From contig NC_057719.1 of assembly GCF_004010195.1 (NCBI RefSeq), positions 30,127,853 to 30,191,852 of the forward strand: 64,000 nucleotides of DNA. Direction: 5' to 3'. A program made the position numbers and the translations under genes. The notes beneath the pieces are model-generated. The model was given only the letters and a program-made list of their open reading frames with translations. It did not search any database and was not told where the DNA came from. This DNA is from Chiloscyllium plagiosum (lineage: Eukaryota). Below, one piece after another: positions 39,601-53,169 of the stretch; the stretch's first letter is position 1, and each line of letters opens with the position of its first letter.

Positions 39601-39842
39601 TAGATCACACGGAATAGAAGCAGAACTTGCTATTTGAATACAGAACTGGCTCGAATATAAAGTACAGAGTGTGCTGGTGGAAGGTTTCTTTTCAGACTGG
39701 AGGCCTGTGACCAGAGGCATACCACAAGGATCGATGCTGGGTCCACTGCTTTTCATCATTTATATAAATGATTTGGATTTGAACATAGTGGTTGTAGTTA
39801 GTGAGTTTGCAGATAACACCAAAATTAGAGGTGTAGTGAATA

Positions 39843-40399
39843 GTCATAGAGATGTACAGCATGGAAATAGACCCTTCAATCCAGCCCATCCATGCCGACT
39901 AGGTATCCCAACCAAATCCAGTCCCACCTGCAAGCACCCAAACTCTTCCTATTCATATACCCATCCAAATGTTTTAAATGTTGCAATTGTACCAGCCTCC
40001 GCCACTTCCTCCGGCAGCTCATTCCATACACGTACCACCCTCCGTGTGAAAAAGTTGGCCCTTAGGTCTCTTTTATATCTTTCTCCTCTCCCCCTAAACC
40101 TATGCCCTCTAGTTCTGGACTCCCTGACCCCAGGGAAAAGACTTTGTCTATTTATCCTATCCATGCCCCTCATAATTTTGTAAACCTCTATAAAGTCACC
40201 CCTCAGCCTCTAACGCTCTAGGGAAACAGCCTCAGCCTGTTCAGCCTCTCCCCATAGCTCAAATCCTCCAACCCTGGCAGCATCCTTGTAAATCTTTTTT
40301 GAACCCTTTCAAGTTTCACAACATCTTTCCGATAGGAAGGAGACCAGAATTGTACGCAATCTTCCAACAGTGGCCTAACTAATGACCTGTACAGCCGCA
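39843..40399 (-). mobile_element. Nested 5'-truncated young CR1
   Basis: MRLYRSLVRPLLEDCVQFWSPSYRKD...; splits the host RT just after FADNTK. Confidence 0.9.
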
Positions 40400-40949
40400 A
40401 GTAAAGAAGGCTACCTCAGAGTACAATGGATATTGATCAGATGGGTCAATGGGCCAAGGACTAGCAGATGGATTTTAATTTAGATAAATGTGAGGTGCTG
40501 CATTTTAAAAAGACAAATCAGGGCAGGACTTATACACTTAATGGTAAGATTCTGGGAAGTATCATTGAACAGAGAGATCTTAGAGGGCAGCTTCATAATT
40601 TCTTGAAAGTAGATTCGCTGGTAGATAGGATAGTGAAAAAGGCATTTGGTATGCTTGCCTCTATTGGTAAGTAAATTTATTATAGGAGTTGGGAAGTTAT
40701 GTTTTGGCTGTACAGGACATTGGTTAAGCTACTGTTGGAATATTGCATGCAACTCTGGTCTCCCTGCTTTAGAAAGCGTTCAGAAATAATTTCCAAGGAT
40801 GTTGCCATGGTTTATGTTGCTAGAGGGAGAGGTTGAATAGGCTGGTTCTATTTTCCCTAGTGCATCGGAGACTGAGGGATGACTTTATGGAGGTTTATAA
40901 AATCATGAGGGGCATGGATAGGATGAATAGCCAAGGTCTTTTCCAAAGA

Positions 40950-41253
40950 TTAGATTAGATTGTGTGGAAACAGGCCCTTCGGCCCAACAAGTCCACATTG
41001 ACCCGCTGAAGCGTAACCCACCCATACCCCTACATTTACCCCTTACCTAACACTACGGGCAATTTAGCATGGCCAATTCACCTGATCTGCACATCTTTGG
41101 ACTGTGGGAGGAAACCGGAGCACCCGGAGGAAACCCACGCAGACACGGGGAGAATGTGCAAGCTCCACACAATCAGTCTCCTGAGGCGGGTATTGAACCC
41201 GGGTCTCTGGCACTGTGAGGCAGCAGTGCTAACCACTGTGCCACCGTGCTGCC
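40950..41253 (-). mobile_element. Full HE1/V-SINE-like SINE with 7-bp TSD
   Basis: TSD ccaaaga (40943-40949, 41254-41260); tRNA head, V-domain-like core, (tctaa)n tail. Confidence 0.9.
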
Positions 41254-44200
41254 CCAAAGAGTGGGAGAATCCAACACCAGAGGGCTTAAGTTGAAGGTGA
41301 GGGGAGTAAGATATAAAAGGGATCTAGCGTGCAAATATTTTCATGCAGAGGGTGGGTGCATGTATGAAATGAGCTGCCAGAGGAAGTGGTGGAGGTGATG
41401 GACATATGAATAAGAAGGGTTTACAGGGATGTTTGCGAAATACAGGCAAATAGGACTAGTATTAATTTTGATATCTGGTCAAGTTGGATCAAAGGGTCTA
41501 TTTCCATGCTGTTTACCTCTATGACTCTATAAAGGTTGTTGAGGTGATTCTTGTGCTGGTTCAAAACTGCCACTTGTTCTCTTTTTGCAAACATTTCAAC
41601 TGGTTTGCAAGAGGCACAGGGTGGTTGTTTCATTTTATAAAAGGTCTTTTATTTATGTATTAATTACATAGTTTATAGCAAATGCTTAAAGAAAGGTAAA
41701 CTGATTTTCGTTAGGCTTAAAGTGACCTTTATTGCAGAATACAGTGGGAGCGCTCTAAAAGCTGATCACAGTCTGAAGACTTTTCCATATTTTGTTCAGA
41801 TCCCCAAGCCATTCAGCTACCTGAGAACCAATCACATAACTGTTGGCAAACAGAAGGCCTTTGCCATCACTAACTGGTTACTAATCTAAATGAATCAGAT
41901 ACTTGTTGCTAACTAAAACTCCCTCTGTGCACATTCCCTCAGCTCCAGTTAGTCTGCAACCACACTTCAATGATTGCTCAAATGTGCAAAATTGTTCACA
42001 ATTGGTTTCAATTTATATGCCGCCAAAACATACAGCAATCCTTAGATTTTGAAAGCTATTTTCTCATTAAAGTCCACAGTTCAAATTACAAGGCAAAAAA
42101 AAAAAGACGTGGTTTCAACATCAGTGGTCTGTGTCTGGAAGAATCGATATAAGCTTTATCTTAATAGATTTATATTGCTTCACAGGATCTTGCAACTAAG
42201 AACTTTGAGGAGTGAATTACTTCAAAACAGTTTAGATGTCAATGTGAGGGATGAAAACTTATCAGACTTCATTCAGTCTGAGGAAAATTCAATGTTGGAA
42301 CAGGTTTTAGTTCACTACACAGGCAGAACTATGGGTCTGAAATTGATCAGTATGGCAAGGAAACATCTGGGATTTGTTTGACATGGTCAGATGGGTAGAT
42401 CCCTAGATGGAATTTTCAACCTTCCAAAAGATTGCCAAATGCCAAAAGAATGGGAATCAGTGTCAAGGATTGTTTTTGGTTTGGACAAGATGCGGCTCTA
42501 AACAGAATCACAAGAATAACGAATACCCAGCAGTGGCCACTTAGGACCCTTTAGAAAATATTCCAATTTAACAGCAGTTTCATTCCTTTAAATATAGCAA
42601 ATGACTCACAAAAGGAAAATTTCTAGAGAAAATGAAGTCCGACAACAAGGAAGAAGATCAACAAATTAAAGATACAGAGAAAAAGTTCAAGGAATCCTAG
42701 GAGATGAGAGAGTTGAAACAGATTCTGGACCATCAAATTAGAGCAGAAATTAAGCTCCACACAGGAATAGCTACTTCAATACTGTAGGATAGCTCGCCAT
42801 GATTGAAGTCTGAGAAAGTCAGACCAGCTAAAATAAAACTATAAGCAAGGAGCCATGGATCTATCACATGGACAAAACACCACAAAATGTAGTGACAAAC
42901 AACAAAATGTCAATGAAACATGATATAGGTATTTGCTAATTAACCTGTCAGAGATGTTCTTACACATCTTTGGAGCAGGTGGGACTTCAACCCAGGTTTC
43001 CTGGCTAAGAGGTAGGGATAGTACTATGCCATAAGAACCTTTCAAAACTGAGATATACAGAGGAATCAGAATGCATCCTTTCTGAAAAATGCACGCATTG
43101 CTACTGAAGTATTTTTTTGGTGTATACTGAAGACTAGGTTGCCAAGAATTCTCCTAGCTATTGAAGGTTTTACACCAGTGACCTCCAAACCTTTTAAGGA
43201 GAAGGTTTTTTTAAATTTAAGCACATACCTGGAACTATCCCAAAGAAAATAGAGAATAAACATTTTATTTTGGTAACATATAAATTTGAAACCAATTATA
43301 TATTAGAACATTTATTGTTACATGTAATCACTTAGGTACAGTGAAAAGTTTACTAGTTGCCACTTGACGGTTCCATGTTAGGTGCCTAGTTACAGATTCC
43401 TTAGTACAAATCCTGAGAGAAAACATAGAAGAATAAAGAAATAAAAAAGTCCAGCAATAACTTGGAAAAATTGAGAAATAAGAGTTCAGAATAACAGTCT
43501 CTTCAACCCAGACTGCACCAGGCTTTACCTTGAGGCCAAGCGTCTGTGCTGGCTTTCACCCTAGACATCGCTGATGCTGCCCAAGGATGGGAGATTAGAA
43601 AGAAGAAAAATGTGGAAAGAGAGAGAAGGAAAGAAAAGAAACAGTGCAAATGAACTTTGGCTTTGGACGCCTCCACCCACTAAGTCTTAGTGTAACACTT
43701 GTGACTGTACATTATTTGCTAGTGCCTTGAAATCTGCATTGTAATTTGAGTATGCTAGTTGTATATTGCCAATCAGTTGGCTAATTGTGAGGTGGGTGCG
43801 ACATTTGGACTTAATGTTCTCCCAAATGAAGATAATCGTCTTGCAGAATTATGTGGAGTCAAAGTAAGTTTTCACTTTAAAAGCACAGGATGACAATATT
43901 TTTCTGTGTTTGAGTCCCCAGAAGTTGTTGTCCCTTGATCTGACTTTCAGTTCAGAATCATTTTGCAACAGCCCAGTAAATGTCTCCTTATCAAATGCAC
44001 TACTTTTGTAAATGAAACAAGTGATGGAATTTGGTAAGCAAATTAGGGATGGACTGTGGGGACCAACATAATTATTTGTAGCATCACATCCAATTCATGA
44101 AATAGCCTGTTGAATTCCTCTAATTTATTCAAGTGTGTATTGAAGCTTTCTGGGTGGAACCATTTTTCTTTGCCTTTGATATTTTCTGGTGTTTTCTGCA

Positions 44201-44851
44201 ATCTCAGGAAGTGTTGCAGCATTTTGTTGTTTTTTTTAGTTGGGAGGACACAGACCCGATTTCAGTTTGAATGTATTCACCGCACGGATCATATGTGCTA
44301 AGTCTGTCTTTTCCCTGCAGATCACAATGCAAATTTGATGTTATGCCTTTAAGGAACCAGAAGTCAAGCAACCACACATTGTCATTGCACTTTTCATTCT
44401 TGGACTTAGGAAAAGTGATAATTTCAGATCTGAAAACTTTTGCAGAGCTTTCCTTCAACGTAACCACCTCATCTCAGTATGGAGGATTAGTTCACTTTAG
44501 TCAATGTTAAGTTCATCAAGTAAGAATTTTAAAAAGTGAATTTGAAGGGGTCTTGTTCGAATGGAGTTTACATTCTTAACAGCTTTTCTTACATGAGAAA
44601 AATCCATAATTATATTTGCTAATGCTTGCTGTTGAATGATACAGTTGTAACTAACTGAAAAGGGGAATTGGATCATTTCTACAAAATGCAACAAATCCGA
44701 TTTGTGCCTAACATGCTGGTGCACCAACAGTTGTGATGGGAACCAGTTTCTTGATTGAAATAATTTACTCAAGTGCATACCTTTTCGAATTTGTAGATAT
44801 CCTCACCTCTGGTTCTCTCTTTTCAAAAGGTAGAAGGATGAGAAGATCCTC

Positions 44852-45850
44852 ATCAGTGGGGTACCGCAGCTTTTTACAATATATATTAATGATATAGAAG
44901 ATGGTATTAGTAATAACATTAGCAAATTTGCTGATGATACAAAGCTAGCTGGCAGGGTGAAATGTGAGGAGGATGTTAGGAGATTACAGGATGACCTGGA
45001 GAGGTTAGGTGACTGGTCAGATGCATGGCAGATGCAGTTTAATGTGGATAAATGTATGGTTATCCACTTTGGTAGCAAGAACAGGAAGGCAGACTACTAC
45101 CTAAGTGGAATCAATTTAGGTAAAGGGGCAGTACAAAGAGATCTGGGTGTTCTTGTACACCAGTCAATGAAGGTAAGCATGCAGATACAGCAGGTAGTGA
45201 ATAAGGCTTATAGCATGCTGGCCTTCATAACAAGAGGGATTGAGTATAGAAGCAAAGAGGTTCTTCTGCAGTTGTACAGGGCCCTGGTGAGACCACAGCT
45301 GGAGTATTGTGTCCAGTTCTGGTCTCCAAATTTGAGGAAAGGCATTCTGGCTATTGAGGGAGTGCAGCGTAGGTTCACGAGGTCAATTCCTGGAATGGCG
45401 GGTGTACCTTACGCTGAAAGACTGGAGCGACTGGGCTTGTATACCCTTGAGTTTAGAAGACTGAGAGGAGATCTGATTGAGACATATAAGATTATTAAAG
45501 GATTAGACACTCTGGAGGCAGGAAACATGTTTCCGCTGATGGGTGAGTGCCGAACCAGAGGACACAGCTTAAAAATATGGGATAGACCATTTAGGACAGA
45601 GATGAGGAGAAACTTCTTCACCCAGAGAATGGTGGCTGTGTGGAATGCTCTGCCCCAGAGGGCAGTGGAGGCCCAATCTCTGGATTCATTTAAGAAAGAG
45701 TTGGACAGAGCTCTCAAGGATAGTGGAATCAAGGGTTATGGAGATAAGGCAGGAACAGGATACTGATTAAGGATGATCAGCCATGATCATAATGAATGGT
45801 GGTGCAGGCTCGAAGGGCAGAACTCCTGCACCTATTGTCTATTGTCTATT
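44852..45850 (+). mobile_element. Young 5'-truncated CR1 of a distinct subfamily
   Basis: SKFADDTKL followed by an uninterrupted 269-aa ORF2 C-terminus; tail (ctattgt)n. Confidence 0.92.
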
Positions 45851-47832
45851 TGTTATGTCCTCAAAAACCATGCATACAAAAACAATCAACCAGGCTGTGT
45901 TGTATCAATTGATTCATCAAACTGCAGTAAGAAGCATTCCCAATCCTTCAAGGCCTGCTGTAGTTGCTAAAAGACCTCTATGGGCAGATATTCCCCTTGT
46001 TTTGCTCCTGTGGAAGCATCAACTACTGTCTTCTGGTTTGCCATTATTATTTCTTTTTTATTCTTAAATTCTTTAACTTAAATGTTAGCGGCCATCATCG
46101 TTGCTTCTTTAAACACTTTGCCATCTACAAATGATTTTGTGCATTTGCCAGAAGATAACAAATGCACAATGATGCTTCAGTTCAGGCTTTACTTTTCAGT
46201 GATGATTTAGAAAAAAGAATTGTTGAGCTTTCAAAATAGCCGTCAGTGTGTCAGTTTTCTTTGTCCAAAGCATGCTGTTAAAGGGAAGAATATCTTTGGA
46301 ATTTACTATATTTCCCGTTTTACTTATCAATGCGCATTTAGTGGCATAGAAGGCAAGCTTTGTTATCTTTTATAGTTGTGAACAGAAATAAGTTTTGCCA
46401 TTCCACATAGAAGTTGTGCATTTTTGCTTGTTTTTTAGATGGTCCCGGTTCGTGACTCATCATTATTGCTTCACCTTGTCATTTGTGATGTCATTCTGAT
46501 GCTGGTGACATTGCAGGTCAGCCTCTAAATCTGCTGCTCTGGAACATCCAGAATGTTGCTGGTAGCTTCCAAGTTTGGAGGCACAAATGGTCATTTCTGT
46601 AGTCGCAGTTTGATTCTGGGGTCCCAAGCTGGTTTGAGTTGCTTGGGTAATGGATGTGGGTCATGGCAGCATTCTCTGTCATTTTTCTTCATCCTTATGG
46701 ACCTATTAGATAAGCGGGTGGAGGAAAAAACAATAGCAAATCTATGAAGAATGAGCAAAAAAGTCAGATTAGTTGAACTGCTTTTGCGGAGCATCTGCAT
46801 GGACTTGATGGGCTGAATAGCCTGCTTTGTCTAGTACTATAATATACTATCTTCAGTACTTTGTTTCTAGTATACTACTTCATTTGATTACATTGCCATT
46901 TGAAAAACTAACAATACCCTGCAATGTGTTGGAGACCACAGATTTAGACAAATTATAACAGCAGTATCATGTTATTTTACTAAAAGATGTTAAACATAAT
47001 TGCTTGTGTACTCATTCTTGGGAAAATTAAAACCTCTGATTGAAAACAAGGTCATATTGCCAGTGGCAGAACATGATACAGTGATGCTCAGGGCTAGTAA
47101 TTGCACCTGAGACAAATAGATCTCAAAAATGTTTGCAGATTTTATATCCCATTTTGTGTATAATCAGGTTTTTCACAAAACTAGATCAGAACAATGGGTT
47201 TGAGCAAATACATTGAAACCAATAGCCCTGACTACTGACTGTACTTAATACCCCTGAATGCTTCAACTGACTCCCATTTTGGATCTCCTTTGCACCAGAC
47301 ATTTTCTAAAGAACAATGCTAGAATTCTGGACAGGAAAAAAGAACCATTTGCTATATCGGTGACATCCTAGTATGTGGCCAAACAAAGAAGGAACCTAAC
47401 TAGAGTATCAGGATCGTGTTAAATGCAATACAGGATACAGCTCGCTCTCTAAATGAGAAACGTCAATTATCTAGATTGGCAATTATATTCCTCGGATGCA
47501 CTACCCAGGAAGGAGGATCCAAGTAGGATAAGAGCTGTCAGTGACTTTCTGGCACTGCAGTCTATAAAAATTGTACATTGCTTCTCAGTCATAGTGATTC
47601 AAGTGGGAAAGCTTTATCTCCAATTTAACCAGTCTCTCTCAAGCCATAGGATGCCCCTTTGAAAAAAGGCCAGCAGTGATACTGGAGTCAGCAACAGACG
47701 AATTCTTCCAAAAGCTGCAAAGAGAACTTACTTTTTACTGATGTTTTAGCACATTACAATCTAGGCTTATAGTCAAAATTGCATTGTCCTCAAGGCTTAT
47801 TCCAATGCAAATTGAGAGATCATGAAAACAAG

Positions 47833-48172
47833 TCATAGAAACATAGAATCCTTACAGTGCAGAAAGAAGCCATTCAACCCATCGAGTCTGCACCGGTCCT
47901 CCAAAGAGCATTCCTCTCGGGCCCAGCCCTCTAACCTATCCCCGTCACCCCACATTTACCATGGTTAATCCACCGAGTCTGCACATCCCTGGACACTACA
48001 GACAATTTAGCGTTGCCAATCCACCTAACCTGCACATCTTTGGACTGTCGAAGGAAACCTACACAGAAACGGGGAGAACGTGAACATTTCATGCAGACAG
48101 TCACCTGAGGCTGGAATTGAGTCTGATACCTTGATGCTGTGAGGTAGCAATGCTAACCACCGATCCACTGAG
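47833..48172 (-). mobile_element. HE1-like SINE (older)
   Basis: Same head, core and tail organisation as the 40950 copy, more diverged. Confidence 0.8.
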
Positions 48173-48300
48173 CCTATTTTAGGCTGAGAGCTTTGGAGAG
48201 TGAACAGATGTGTGCATCTATGTTAAAGGAAATGTTTAGCAGTATGTGGAGACATGAAATATTCACAAATTACCTCATCAGACTGACCACAAGTCTGAGT

Positions 48301-48621
48301 ATCATAGAATCCTTACAGTGTGGAAGTAGGCAATTTGGCCCATCAAGTCCACATCAATCCTCCGAAAAGCATCCCACCCTACCCCTGTAACATCCCCATG
48401 GCTAACCCACCTAGCCTATACATCCTTGACAATTTAGCATGGCCAGTCCACCTAACCTGCACATCTTTGGGACTGAGGAGAAACTGGAGCATCCAGAGGA
48501 AACCCACACAGACACTGGGGAGAATGTGCAAACTCCATGCAGACACTTGCCTGAGGATGGAATTGAACCCAGATCCTGGTGCTGAGTCAACATTGCTAAC
48601 CACTGAGCCACCATGCCACCC
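48301..48621 (-). mobile_element. HE1-like SINE (older)
   Basis: As above; ends gctaaccactgagccaccatgccaccc. Confidence 0.8.
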
Positions 48622-48978
48622 TTTTATTTTAGGTTAATTCCCTTTATTTTACTGCAATGAATTTATCATATAATACAAGATGTAAATTACAATAAATATG
48701 AACAGTATTGTGCTCTCATAAACATTCCAATCTCCAGTGTTTTTACATGTAAAACTAATCTTAAATAATGTACACATATATATTTATATGTACATAGATA
48801 ATTTTAGTAGTATTACGGGAATCAAAATAGGTCTGGTGTTTTATCAAAGTCAATACGAAGAGGAATCCAATAGAAATTCCACAGGGAACATCACAAAGAG
48901 AAATCAATGTTGGGGGATTAGGCATTTAAAATATATTCACAAATAAATTTTGTTATACCAAACATATGGCATCCACAA

Positions 48979-49166
48979 GACAAAAGTGAGGACTGCAGAT
49001 GCTGGGGTTCAGAGTCAAGATTAGAGTGGTGCTGGAAAAGCACAGCAGGTCAGGCAGTATCTGAGGAGCAGGAAAATCGACATTTCAGACAAGAGCCCTT
49101 CATCAGGAATGAGGCTAGAAGACTTGGGGGTGGAGAGATAAATGGGAGGGGTTGGGGCTGGGGACT
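48979..49166 (-). mobile_element. Penelope-derived 3' terminal copy with 12-bp TSD
   Basis: TSD tggcat(c/t)cacaa (48967-48978, 49167-49178); reverse strand C-rich tract then cctgatgaagggctcttgtctgaaatgtc. Confidence 0.8.
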
Positions 49167-50189
49167 TGGCATTCACAACCAAGTGTTTACAGAGCCAATG
49201 ATTTTGTCAAGATTCTGGAAAGTTTGTTTGAATTTAGAGAGAAAGTGTATTTAGACCTTGATGACTATTAGTCAAGTGTAAGACTTTATTCAACTACAGC
49301 AAACTCAGTGATCAGAGCATTATAATGATTCCTTGCAATACACTGATCCCTGAAAGAATTTGTATTGGGGAATGGAACTCTATTCACAAACCGAGATTTC
49401 AGGAAGTTCATTTTGGAGGCAGCCATCAACCACATGACACATTTCTCAGTCAAAAAGAAAGCAAGGAAGTGTGGTCAATGACGTACAAGAATCTGGACTA
49501 CTCTATTGCGAGCACCACAATTGAAAAATAATTTGCTAAAAGAACTGTTAATGGAGAGAAGATTAAAGAGAGATGTACAAGTTTTAGAACACAATCTCAA
49601 GCTAAGCAACCCCTCAACAGCAGAAGAATGTAAAACAATTAGAGAACAGCCATCTCAAATAGGAGCAGCATTGGTACAACAAGGTAAAAACTCCATCAAT
49701 CTTGAAGTTAAAGCGGAAATCTAGTAGAGATACAGAATGTCCATAGTCATCAGGCAGATAGTTCAACATGACCTTGCACTCTCAGTGACATTCAGGAGGA
49801 ACAGGAAGTCATTGATTTAACTGGAGCCAAGAAGAAAGACCAAGTGTCATCATAGCAGGAAGTGGGACAGTCATTCATATACTGTATCAGAAGTAATGTA
49901 AACCTAATAGAAATTTGGAATGAGAGGTGGTATCATGAGATTCCTATAAATCATGATGGTATAACTGACTGCATTATTCTGACAGAGAAAACACCAGTCT
50001 AGAATGCATATGTGAAAAGAAATGCCTCCGACACTACAGTAAAGAGAAGTATTTAAAAACCTACAATGTGCAGATGTATATAAAGAAGTATTATAGTGCG
50101 TAAGGAGGTAAAGAACTTTTCTTAATGATGAGGAGCAAGCAGCAGTCTAAATGCAGGCGTCCAATGTGCAGACTACAGTGTTGGCTTAA

Positions 50190-51885
50190 AGACAATGAAA
50201 GCAGTGAGCCATTCTCAATTGGGTAGGCTGTAATTAGTGGAATGCCTCAAGAATCAGTGGTAGACCTCTAGTATTCACAATCTTTATTAATAACTTAGAT
50301 AAAGAGAAAGTGAGTGAGTAATCCATGTTTGCTGTGGATACAAGGCTAAGTAGAATACAAACTGTGAGGACAATCCAGAGGTTTGAAAGAGATATAGTGA
50401 GTTGGTAACATGGTGGCAGATGGAGAATAATATGGGAAAATTATTCACTTCAGTAGTAAGAATAGAAAAGCAGAATTTTTTTTTAAAAATGTGTGAAATT
50501 TGTTGATTCGAAGATTTCAACTGTACTTGTACAAGGAACACAAAGTTCTTGGAACACACTTGTACAGGCACTGTAAGTGGTGAGGAAGGTAATTTGCAAG
50601 GGGACGGAAATACAAGTTTTGCTATAATTCTGCAGAACATGGGTAAGACCTCAATTGTAATTATGTGTGTAATTTTGGTCTTGAGTAAGGATACACATTC
50701 ATTGGAGGCAATATAGCAAAGGTTCACCAGAGCGGCCTCTAGGAACAGAAAGTTATTTTATGATGACTCACTGAGAAAGTGAAGATGATTATTATCTGGA
50801 GTTTAAATGAATGAGAGGTGATTTTATTGAAGTATTCAAGATTATGAAGGGATTTAACAGGCTAAATACTGGGATGACGTTTCCCCTGACTCTGGAATCT
50901 GTAGTAAAAGACATGGTTTCACAATGAGAGACTAAAATTAAAGACCTTGGAGTGCAGGTTCATAGCTCCTTGAAAGTGGAGTCGCAGGAGATAGGATAGT
51001 GAAGAAGGTGTTTGGTATGCTTTCCTTTATTGGTCAGAGCATTGAGTACAGGAGTTGGGAGGTAATGTTGTGGCTGTACAGGACATTAGTTAGGCCACTG
51101 TTGGAATATTGCGTGCAATTCTGGTCTCCTTCCTATCGGAAAGATGTTGTGAAACTTGACAGGGTTCAGAAAAGATTTACAAGGATGTTGCCAGGCTTGG
51201 AGGATTTGAGCTATAGGGAGTGGCTGAACCGGCTGGGGCTTTTTTCCCTGGAGTGTCGGAGGCTGAGGGGTGACCTTATAGAGGTTTACAAAATTATGAG
51301 GGGGATGGATAAGGTAAATAGGCAAAGTCTTTTCCCTGGGGTCGAGGAGTCCAGAACTAGAGGGCATAGGTTTAAGCTGAGAGGGGAAAGATATATAAAA
51401 GAGACTTACAGGGCAACTTTTTCATACAGAGGGTGGTACATGTATGGAATGAGCTGCCAGAGGAAGTGGTGGAGGCTGGTACAATTGCAACATTTAAAAG
51501 GCATCTGGATGGGTATTTGAATAGGAAGGGTTTGGAGGGATATGGGCCGGTGCTGGCAGGTGGGATTGGGTTGGGATATCTGGTCGGCATGGACGGGTTG
51601 GACCGAAGGGTCTGTTTCCATGCTGTACATCTCTATCACTCTGAGAAGAAATGTCTTCACTTAAGGTGTTGTGAATCTTTGGAATTCTCTATCTTGGAGA
51701 ATGCTAGATATTGCATCATTGAATATATTTCAGACTGAGGCAGACAGATCTTTGATCTGTCAAAGTATTAAAGGATATAGGGGAAATAAATGTGGAGCTG
51801 AGGCCAAAGCCATGATCATATGAAGTAGCAGAGCAGGCTTGATGAGACCTGGTCTATTCCTGCTGGCATTTCTGATGTTCTTCTG
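50190..51885 (+). mobile_element. Old CR1 remnant hosting a younger CR1
   Basis: Degenerate GMPQESVV/INNLD/FAVDT motifs; 3' region resumes at ~51643. Confidence 0.6.
50941..51642 (+). mobile_element. Nested young CR1 3' end
   Basis: 173-aa ORF KKVFGMLSFIGQSIEYRSWEV..RPLLEYCVQFWSP; family tail. Confidence 0.9.
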
Positions 51886-53169
51886 TCTTTTGTTTCTTTT
51901 GTTATCCCATTCAGTCCAAATTAATTTCCTGTGAAGTTAATAATATCCTTGGCTTGGCAGAACATTTTCAATAGGAAATTGCACTGCATACTTAGGTTAA
52001 GTGGAAGAAGGCTGAATTCCACATATTTGTGATCAGTTGTGTAGAGTGCAGCTATTTAACCTAATGGAAAAATGCTGATAAGTCAGTCATGTACTTTGAC
52101 TTGATTGAAGTGGAAGAACGGTTTTAGAATGTGACTGAATGTATAAGGTTTCAAAAGTGAAGTTAATCATCCATTAGAAGGGGAGAAAAATGGAATTGGA
52201 CCATTTCTTTCTTGTGGTCAAATACAATCTAAGTTAATGGAATTCCGTTGTAATGAAAGGCTATCATTTATTTGACAGACATTTGAATCATGCAGCGCAG
52301 ATATCATTGAATTGATTAATCAACTTTCAAATGGCTTTTCCTAAGTAATATGTTAAATTAATTTGTGTAATCTGAAAGTTACCAATTGCATTAAAACTTT
52401 AAAGGTCTATTCAAAGATAGGCAATAGCTATAAGCAACTTTTCAAAAATGTTCTAATTGTTGCAGTATAATTAATCAAAGGCTGCTTTAAAAATGTTCAC
52501 TAATGTTTTCTATTAAAGAAAGACATTTAAGTTGCACCATGCTCTAATGTCACATATAAGTAAAGATAAATGCCCATTGAATGCCTGCCAATGATACAAA
52601 AAAACTGCTGAGATGAATGACCGTTTCATTAGCTAATGAAAGGATGTAGAGTGATTGCAGACAGAACCATTGAAACAAGGATGATTTTCAAAGATTATAT
52701 AGACTGAGGATATTAATCTAGATAATATCAGTCATTTCTCACCAACTGAGTCTTAAGAGCACATTGCAAAATTGGTTGACTTCTTGTGGATAGTCTTAAT
52801 TTGCCAATGAATAAATCATGTTATTTTCAGCCATAGTTGGACAGACTTTGTAAGCCTTTAGAGTGTACGTTAGTGTAATTAATACTTCGAAACCATATTT
52901 ATTTTCATTTGTTTATCTATCTAACATTTTGCGGTTTTTGAATCTATTGAATTTAACCTGTTTTACAATTTATATTAAAGTGAGTTACCTCACTGTGCAG
53001 TTTGGTGTCATTGGCAAATTATTTTCTTGTTCTTCAAAATGGACAGTGTGCAGTGCTTTCTCAAACTGTCCAGCTGGGTAAGAGGAATAGACAAGCAGGA
53101 GACTTACCACTTGGAGGCAAGAGGTGTTAAATGAACACTTTGCATTACTCAGTCACGAGAAGGATTTAA

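Larger units (their letters stand above)
37145..41530 (+). mobile_element. Near-full-length decayed CR1 LINE (ORF1 esterase, APE, RT, 3' tail) with nested CR1 and SINE
   Basis: CCLPGARIRD..VIVHI; SDHNSISF; PGNYRLVSLT; GIPQGSMLGPLLF..FADNTK; tail ctctatgactctat; many stops and frameshifts. Confidence 0.9.
46900..49750 (+). mobile_element. Heavily decayed Gypsy/Ty3 LTR-retrotransposon pol remnant
   Basis: CFN*LPFWISFAPDIF*RTM..ICYIGDILVCGQTKKE (RT); TDHK near 48280 (RNase H); RAPQLKN..ELLMERRL (integrase C-terminus); interrupted by SINEs and a Penelope repeat. Confidence 0.65.

Noticed and set aside
44957..45766. Intact 269-aa ORF as a host gene
   Set aside because: It is the CR1 ORF2 C-terminus with a LINE tail
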